DNA of 20,506 nucleotides from a phage: NCBI GenBank assembly GCA_026165385.1, contig GCA_026165385.1_4524.3; one strand, 5' to 3'. Shown piece by piece: positions 15,464 to 20,506 of this stretch (position 1 is its first letter; each line of letters starts with the position of its first letter). The notes under the pieces were generated by a model. It saw only the letters and a program-made list of their open reading frames with translations, ran no database searches and was not told where the DNA came from. The position numbers and the translations under genes were made by a program.

Positions 15464-16072
15464 TCAGTAACTGACAATAGACAAATTCCAGATTGTATAA
15501 TGTCCATCCTGAATAATAGAATCTACACGCAGTGTAGTCCCTATAGGGAGCATAAATTCACATTCGTCAGATATAAGTCTAGCATTAGACCGTCTTGTCG
15601 CTTCAGGGAAAGCTCCATTGAACTCACAAGATGGTGCAGCCAGAATCATGTTAAGCATATGTTCACGGAAGTTGAAAGCAAATGGTGCATCTTTGATGCA
15701 GAACATATTAAATGTTCCGTAAAAATTATACGAAGCAAAGTTACGTGCTACACCGAACACTGGACTGAAGCTCATTACTCTGTCAAATTTAATAATACTA
15801 CCAATGCCTTTATCATCGAGTGTGGCCATAGTTTTCTTAGAGATTCCACGATACATTGTCTCAGGAACAGAAGACGTCCAATTTCTACGAACGATTGAAC
15901 TTAACTCCTGTTGAATACAGTCTGGCTTGTTTTCCATACACTGCCACAGTACACTTTGTTCAATGTCGCTGAATTGACTATCAATTTCGTACTGCAATAC
16001 ATCTTGATATTCGGGGTTTTGAGCACGACGAACCATTTCTTCAATTTCACACTCGTTATACGGCATAAACAT
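15464..16072 (-). CDS. ModA/ModB-family ADP-ribosyltransferase paralog, 202 aa
   Basis: YRG...S-x-S...acidic-pair layout and position after srd match the T4 Mod ADP-ribosyltransferases; cannot tell ModA from ModB. Confidence 0.65.
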   Translation of the reverse strand: MFMPYNECEIEEMVRRAQNPEYQDVLQYEIDSQFSDIEQSVLWQCMENKPDCIQQELSSIVRRNWTSSVPETMYRGISKKTMATLDDKGIGSIIKFDRVMSFSPVFGVARNFASYNFYGTFNMFCIKDAPFAFNFREHMLNMILAAPSCEFNGAFPEATRRSNARLISDECEFMLPIGTTLRVDSIIQDGHYTIWNLSIVSY

Positions 16073-16100
16073 TTAGGTTTCTCCTCTGGTTGATAAAAGT

Positions 16101-16129
16101 ATAGTATCATCGTCTGTAGAGTTTGTACA
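16101..16129 (-). promoter_or_regulatory. T4-type early promoter: TGTACA -35, 17-nt spacer, TACTAT -10; its leader shares a 17-nt exact repeat with the 174-aa gene leader
   Basis: ttctcctctggttgata occurs at both 16079..16095 and 10684..10700. Confidence 0.5.
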
Positions 16130-16711
16130 CTAAAAATTCAACATTTTTAAATGAATGATTTTGTATAATCGAGATAAAGGGTCATATTCTAAGTCTTCAA
16201 TTTCCACAATCTCAAATCTAGAGATACCTGAGACCATGTACTCTTGTTCAGATTCAATCATATCTAGGACGTCAACACGCTTTTCTTCCATAACATGCTT
16301 AGGGTTCTTTCCGGCGAGTACAATGTTAACCATGTTTTGGTAGTAATCAAAAATGAATGGAGCATTCCTGAGACTAAGAATAGTGTACGTCTGATATTCC
16401 CATCTCCCGGAGAATTGACGAGCTGTACTGAAATCAGTTGTGAACGATGTTACTCGTCCAGGAGACCAATGGCATCCAACAGAAAGAAGGGAAAGACGTT
16501 CTACTTCTTCTGGAGTTACACCACGGTAGAGTTCTACTGGTACTGTAGAAGTCATATGCTTACGAACAAGATGGTCTAATTCATAGTGGAAATCCGGGTC
16601 TTCCTTAGAATCGGTGCAAGCCCAGAGAATGTTTTGTTCTTGGCGGGTGAATTTGCTATCAATCAGATTTGTTAGGTATTCACGTTCTTGAAGTTCAGAT
16701 TGACATGTCAT
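16130..16711 (-). CDS. ModA/ModB-family ADP-ribosyltransferase paralog, 193 aa
   Basis: Parallel motifs to the neighbouring paralog (LYRGVT, FSTARQF, EQEY); SD GGAGGT. Confidence 0.65.
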   Translation of the reverse strand: MTCQSELQEREYLTNLIDSKFTRQEQNILWACTDSKEDPDFHYELDHLVRKHMTSTVPVELYRGVTPEEVERLSLLSVGCHWSPGRVTSFTTDFSTARQFSGRWEYQTYTILSLRNAPFIFDYYQNMVNIVLAGKNPKHVMEEKRVDVLDMIESEQEYMVSGISRFEIVEIEDLEYDPLSRLYKIIHLKMLNF

Positions 16712-16738
16712 GATAGACCTCCATTTAAAGATAAGCCT

Positions 16739-16767
16739 ATCATAACACGAGAGGAGGGAATGTAAAC
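16739..16767 (-). promoter_or_regulatory. T4-type early promoter: GTTTACA -35, 16-nt spacer, TATGAT -10
   Basis: Minus strand reads GTTTACATTCCCTCCTCTCGTGTTATGAT. Confidence 0.5.
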
Positions 16768-16931
16768 TACTTTTTAAGCTTTCCTACTAAAGGTCCATCA
16801 GGACCGGGTTGTTCTAACATGAATAAGGATGCTTTAAAAAGCAATGTCAACCCTTTCACCATTCGATACCATGTCTCAAAGTCTTTTTCCTTGATTTCTA
16901 GTAAGAATTTCTCTTTAAATTTCTCTTTCAT
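16767..16931 (-). CDS. Hypothetical small protein, 54 aa (MKEKFKEKFLLEIKEKDFETWY...), not in the ORF track
   Basis: My own translation; ATG overlaps the upstream stop as ATGA; SD GGAG 9 nt upstream. Confidence 0.4.
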   Translation of the reverse strand: MKEKFKEKFLLEIKEKDFETWYRMVKGLTLLFKASLFMLEQPGPDGPLVGKLKK

Positions 16932-17107
16932 TTCCAAGGACTCCATGGTGGAGGGTCATCATAATAAGAGGCGAGGTCTTTCAGGACTTCTAACGGTAAA
17001 CTAAAGCCGTGTCGTTGTATAATACTATCTAGTTCATCAACAAGTTCACTACGATGCACTTTAGGAGCCTCAACTTCGGACTCATCAAACATACTCATCA
17101 AGTCCAT
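16928..17107 (-). CDS. Hypothetical acidic small protein, 59 aa (start at ATG 17107)
   Basis: The first codon of the track ORF is GTG; an in-frame ATG three codons later sits 1 nt after the upstream stop. Confidence 0.5.
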   Translation of the reverse strand: MDLMSMFDESEVEAPKVHRSELVDELDSIIQRHGFSLPLEVLKDLASYYDDPPPWSPWK

Positions 17108-17108
17108 A

Positions 17109-17573
17109 TTATTCACCGAGATAAAAACTAGCCGGTTCAGAGAATGTTTCTAGTGCTACACCTTTTGTCTTAAAAAATTTCCAAATAGCTCGTTGCAAAT
17201 GGACTAAATCTGCTAATGATGTAATAAAGTATTTTTTGGCAAAATACTTATGGTCTCGCTTTTCAAACAAGTCTAAACGCTTTTCAGGATTCACATAAAC
17301 TGCATTTTCCGTAGATTCATAACCTAAGTCCTTTATGCCTTCTTCAAGACTAAATGGAGAATTTTTAGAACGAGTAATAGCTCCAACTCGCTCTACACGA
17401 ATTTTGTAACCTTTAGGAATCTGCAATTTGTAGAATTCTTCTACGATATATTGCGGATTATTTAGACTTTTGTTAATTAGAATAGCTATTTCTAGTGGAG
17501 TCTTATCTTCCACTGGTATATGTTTAAACGATTTGGCTTCAAGCAAATACATTTTAAATAGCATAGCATCCAT
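17109..17573 (-). CDS. Hypothetical protein, 154 aa (in the position T4 uses for mrh)
   Basis: Strong SD (CGAGGAAATTATA-ATG); start overlaps the upstream stop as TAATG. Confidence 0.65.
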   Translation of the reverse strand: MDAMLFKMYLLEAKSFKHIPVEDKTPLEIAILINKSLNNPQYIVEEFYKLQIPKGYKIRVERVGAITRSKNSPFSLEEGIKDLGYESTENAVYVNPEKRLDLFEKRDHKYFAKKYFITSLADLVHLQRAIWKFFKTKGVALETFSEPASFYLGE

Positions 17574-17752
17574 TATAATTTCCTCGATGGTTCACCCATA
17601 TAAAGTTTTACAATACGTTCGCCTTCATCTTCGACGAGCTTCTCTTCATGCTTCTGGAGTTCTTTGACCATTTTCTCTTCAAAAACATCTAACCAATCTT
17701 CTGGTTCGACTCCATCATTCCAGCTTTTAAACCATTTTACTATTCTGTTCAT
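17573..17752 (-). CDS. Hypothetical acidic small protein, 59 aa (MNRIVKWFKSWNDGVEPEDW...), not in the ORF track
   Basis: My own translation; SD AGGGAG; coupled at both ends (ATGA upstream, TAATG downstream). Confidence 0.55.
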   Translation of the reverse strand: MNRIVKWFKSWNDGVEPEDWLDVFEEKMVKELQKHEEKLVEDEGERIVKLYMGEPSRKL

Positions 17753-17949
17753 TCACAGCTCCCTGAGCTTGAACCACAATCAGAATAACTTGACCCAGAA
17801 TCACCAGGCCAAGACGATACGTATGAATGATTATAACTTGAAGAGTTTGAAGCATTAACATGTTTTGTTTTTGGACGAACAACTTCTTCCATCATGCCGT
17901 CACCAATGTATTCCCAAGCCTTTTCATGTGTATCTGGAATCGGCATCAT
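17749..17949 (-). CDS. Hypothetical small protein with a Ser-rich, Cys-containing C-terminus, about 66 aa; start uncertain
   Basis: The track ORF 17749..18072 overlaps the upstream gene; the first ATG after that gene's stop is at 17949; the stop overlaps the next gene's ATG. Confidence 0.4.
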   Translation of the reverse strand: MMPIPDTHEKAWEYIGDGMMEEVVRPKTKHVNASNSSSYNHSYVSSWPGDSGSSYSDCGSSSGSCE

Positions 17950-17962
17950 CCCTTCGCCTGGT

Positions 17963-18190
17963 TTAACAGCAAACAACTTCTTCAGCATCGTAAGCATTAA
18001 TTGTTCCTCGAACAAAACGAACACCACCGTCATCCCAACGGATTTCGGCATTAAATTTGACGTCTTCACCATCCATCATGAATGAGTGTACGACTACATC
18101 ATCGTAATATCCAAGACCGTATTTTAATGAAACTTCTTGAGCAATCAAAGCACCTAATGTGTTATTAGGTTTAATCCAACGATTTAACAT
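17963..18190 (-). CDS. Hypothetical protein, 75 aa (start MLNRWIKPNN)
   Basis: The ATG at 18190 is preceded by AAGAGGAGAACAAT; the track start at 18259 lies in the promoter/terminator region. Confidence 0.6.
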   Translation of the reverse strand: MLNRWIKPNNTLGALIAQEVSLKYGLGYYDDVVVHSFMMDGEDVKFNAEIRWDDGGVRFVRGTINAYDAEEVVCC

Positions 18191-18218
18191 ATTGTTCTCC
18201 TCTTGAGTAAGTAAGAAT

Positions 18219-18248
18219 ATCTTAACACAGTTTTTAGCGGTTGTAAAC
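18219..18248 (-). promoter_or_regulatory. T4-type early promoter: GTTTACA -35, 17-nt spacer, TAAGAT -10
   Basis: Minus strand reads GTTTACAACCGCTAAAAACTGTGTTAAGAT. Confidence 0.5.
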
Positions 18249-18255
18249 TGTAGAA

Positions 18256-18284
18256 ACAAAAAAAGGAATCCTTCGGGATTCCTT
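18256..18284 (-). terminator. Intrinsic terminator downstream of soc: AAGGAAUCC-CGAA-GGAUUCCUU (9-bp stem) followed by UUUUUGUUU
   Basis: Plus strand 18263..18284 aaggaatccttcgggattcctt with the A-tract at 18256..18262. Confidence 0.7.
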
Positions 18285-18291
18285 AAATTAT

Positions 18292-18528
18292 TTAACCACT
18301 TACTGGTGTAGGGGTAAACATTGCAGCGTTCTTAGTACGCCAATCTGCTGCGTCAGTCACCACAGTAGTGTAAGCAGCTTTTTCGGATGGGAAAGTCTGA
18401 TAATGAGCATCAGCAATCCGATGTTCGTTTGAATAAATCTCAAACGGTACGGAAACTTCCATACCTTTAACTTCTTTACCTTCACCCGCAGGATGCGTAA
18501 AGGTTTTGATGTTTACATAACCACCCAT
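18292..18528 (-). CDS. soc: Small outer capsid protein Soc, 78 aa
   Basis: GYVNIKTF ... AHYQTFPSEKAAYTTV matches my memory of T4 Soc; strong SD (AAAGGAGTTA-ATG); late promoter upstream. Confidence 0.85.
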   Translation of the reverse strand: MGGYVNIKTFTHPAGEGKEVKGMEVSVPFEIYSNEHRIADAHYQTFPSEKAAYTTVVTDAADWRTKNAAMFTPTPVSG

Positions 18529-18559
18529 AATTAACTCCTTTGTTGTTTAATTACAGGTG

Positions 18560-18567
18560 TATTTATA
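18560..18567 (-). promoter_or_regulatory. T4 late promoter core TATAAATA about 32 nt upstream of the soc start
   Basis: Plus strand tatttata at 18560..18567 is an exact TATAAATA on the minus strand. Confidence 0.6.
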
Positions 18568-18573
18568 ACTTAA

Positions 18574-19095
18574 TCAGTAACCATTATCCTGGCGTTCAAA
18601 GTTGTGTTGGTTTTTCAGATAATACAGTTTGAAGATTTCTTCAGCAGAAAGTCCTAGACCTTGGAACATATTCAGAACAAAGTGGAGGATATCAATCATC
18701 TCGAATTTAATTTCAAGCTGGTCTTCAGGAGACAGTTCATCGATACGACGATTTCGATATTCAGCATGTTGTGCTTTCCAAGGCTTCCATACAGAGCTAG
18801 CGGCTTTTTCACCATTGCTCATACCGCCGAGTGAAGTCAGCAGTTCACGGAATTCATCATCAATATAATCTTTCTGATTACGCAGCCAATCAACAACATC
18901 ACCAGCAGTAGCCAATTCATCAGGATGTTTGTTATGTTCAGGCTTGTCATTTGCCAGACGAACCTGTAAAGATTTCTGCATATCAAGCATTACCTGCAGT
19001 GGGTCTTTATCTTCGTGAATCAGAGCATTAAAATAAGCTTCTTCTGCTTTATCAACACCAGAAATAAGTTGTGAACATTCGTTAAAGTGTGCCAT
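18574..19095 (-). CDS. 56: dCTPase/dUTPase gp56 (MazG-like), 173 aa
   Basis: Size about that of T4 gp56 (171 aa) and position between soc and gene 61; SD GAAAGGAAAAAATA-ATG. Confidence 0.8.
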   Translation of the reverse strand: MAHFNECSQLISGVDKAEEAYFNALIHEDKDPLQVMLDMQKSLQVRLANDKPEHNKHPDELATAGDVVDWLRNQKDYIDDEFRELLTSLGGMSNGEKAASSVWKPWKAQHAEYRNRRIDELSPEDQLEIKFEMIDILHFVLNMFQGLGLSAEEIFKLYYLKNQHNFERQDNGY

Positions 19096-19184
19096 TATTT
19101 TTTCCTTTCAATTCAGTATAAGAGAGTTAATTCTAACATTAATTTTATAAAGCGTAATAAATAATAGGTAACTAAGGAGATATT

Positions 19185-19382
19185 ATGTTTAAACTTCCAT
19201 CGTTAATCAACGCTATTAAAGGCAATAAAAAGAAAACTGCTATCGCTGCAATAGTTGTAGGTGGCATTATTTCATGGAACTTCGGGATTGCACCATTGTT
19301 AGTTGCCCATGGTATTATAGTTCCTTCTGTTCCATTGGATACTGTAGTTGATTTGGCCTTTGCTATTATAGGGCTTGTTTAA
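19185..19382 (+). CDS. Small membrane protein, 65 aa, the only plus-strand gene in the window
   Basis: Strong SD (TAAGGAGATATT-ATG); two hydrophobic segments after a Lys-rich N-terminus; fills an otherwise non-coding 283-bp gap; its stop overlaps the primase stop (TTAA). Confidence 0.6.
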   Translation: MFKLPSLINAIKGNKKKTAIAAIVVGGIISWNFGIAPLLVAHGIIVPSVPLDTVVDLAFAIIGLV

Positions 19383-20401
19383 ATCTTCGAATAACGAGAT
19401 AATCTCATTTTAGCATGCAACCCACTTGAAATATTCTGTTTCATATATTCTAAAATTTCTTGTGGTGTTGCATTTTCTTTCATTACCATATCATTCACAT
19501 CCTTTGATCTCCATGGAGCTCGGTCCCAGAACATGACACGTTCGCCTGCATCAACTAATCTCTTCATGCGAGATATAGTATCCGGATGCCTAGGTTCATT
19601 ATCCATTACCCATACCCGACGTTCTTTAAATGGTACCACATCTAAATCTATTGAGCCGCCTGTAATAGCGATTGCATTGGGTATGAATAAACTATCAATA
19701 GGGCCTTCCATTACCCAGACGTCTCCTTCCTTAACACGTTCAACACCGTAAATTTTTGTTGCCGACTCAAACGCTTTAATAGTGATATATTTCTGAGGAG
19801 CATCTTTACGAAGTGCACGTCCTTGGAAAGACTCGGCCTTACCATCTTTATTAAAAATAGGAATCACTAAACGTGGTTCGGGAATCTCTTTCTTATACGT
19901 ACCAGGTTGAATCTTGTTGACCAATTTAGGCCATTCTAATGTGAACCATAGTCTATTCCATGATTCTTTAGGAATGCATCTAGACTTAACATATTTCACA
20001 ATAGGATGCTCTTCAGGCAGCTTGTCCAGACGAGAACAAGACGGCAAAGAATTTATAGTCTTTTTCTCCGGTTCTGGTTTGTGTTCAGGAACCTTTTCAA
20101 TCTTTGGTTCCATTCTAGCTTTTTCTTTACGAACTTCCATTAGATACTCGCGATAAAGCTCTTCATCATACTCTTTTAAGTATCCGGAAATTGTATTATG
20201 GTATTGACAGTTATAGCAATGTACATTACCAGGAGTACCGCCATAATACCATCCGCGAGCTTTCATTGCATCTGTCTGAGAGTCGCCACAAACTGGACAA
20301 CGAAACGTTAATTTAAATGTGCTTGAATTATTGATTTGTCTAAAACGAGGGAGGTGAGAAAACGCACGATAAGCAAATTCATTATCTATCCATTCAGCCA
20401 T
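19379..20401 (-). CDS. 61: DNA primase gp61, 340 aa
   Basis: N-terminal zinc ribbon (CPVCGDS ... CYNCQ) followed by a Toprim-like region; size about that of T4 gp61 (342 aa); SD CTCTGGAGAATACT-ATG. Confidence 0.9.
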   Translation of the reverse strand: MAEWIDNEFAYRAFSHLPRFRQINNSSTFKLTFRCPVCGDSQTDAMKARGWYYGGTPGNVHCYNCQYHNTISGYLKEYDEELYREYLMEVRKEKARMEPKIEKVPEHKPEPEKKTINSLPSCSRLDKLPEEHPIVKYVKSRCIPKESWNRLWFTLEWPKLVNKIQPGTYKKEIPEPRLVIPIFNKDGKAESFQGRALRKDAPQKYITIKAFESATKIYGVERVKEGDVWVMEGPIDSLFIPNAIAITGGSIDLDVVPFKERRVWVMDNEPRHPDTISRMKRLVDAGERVMFWDRAPWRSKDVNDMVMKENATPQEILEYMKQNISSGLHAKMRLSRYSKI

Positions 20402-20414
20402 AGTATTCTCCAGA

Positions 20415-20434
20415 GGCCTTAAATTAATAAGGCC
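20415..20434 (-). other. Hairpin (GGCCTT/AAGGCC, 8-nt loop) immediately upstream of the primase ribosome-binding site, no U-tract
   Basis: Inverted repeat at 20415..20420 and 20429..20434. Confidence 0.35.
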
Positions 20435-20506
20435 ATCTTATCACAACTTATTAATATTTACTTTAATTCGCTTTCTTTTCTTGGAAGGAATTTGTTCGGG
20501 ACCTTT

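Noticed and set aside
19096-19184. A promoter for the plus-strand 65-aa gene
   Set aside because: I could not find a convincing -35/-10 pair or an exact late promoter upstream, so its transcription signal is unassigned.
1-20506. CRISPR array, tRNA genes, integrase or transposase
   Set aside because: No regularly spaced direct repeats, no cloverleaf-like segments in the short intergenic regions, and no ORF with recombinase or transposase motifs.

Overview
This window reads as a contiguous early-gene block of a T4-like (T-even) myovirus, with almost every gene on the minus strand. Running right to left along the transcripts: gene 61 primase, gene 56 dCTPase, soc, a run of small ORFs, two ModA/ModB-type ADP-ribosyltransferase paralogs, srd, dda.1, dda helicase, dexA, three modular paralogs, an unknown 174-aa gene, small coupled ORFs including an FmdB-type zinc ribbon, goF-like, a fused 605-aa topoisomerase gp39, a 366-aa GT-B glycosyltransferase-like gene where T4 has gene 60, rIIA.1, rIIA, rIIB, a DenB-like gene and an Ndd-like gene. 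Regulatory punctuation is visible directly: about a dozen T4-type early promoters, one TATAAATA late promoter before soc, and several GC-stem hairpins with C(UUCG)G loops and U-tracts that look like intrinsic terminators. I found no CRISPR array, tRNA, transposase or homing endonuclease. The most unusual content is the glycosyltransferase-like gene, the three tandem paralogs sharing only a C-terminal module, and a lone plus-strand 65-aa membrane-protein gene between genes 56 and 61. All identifications are from reading the translations and motifs; no database search was run.
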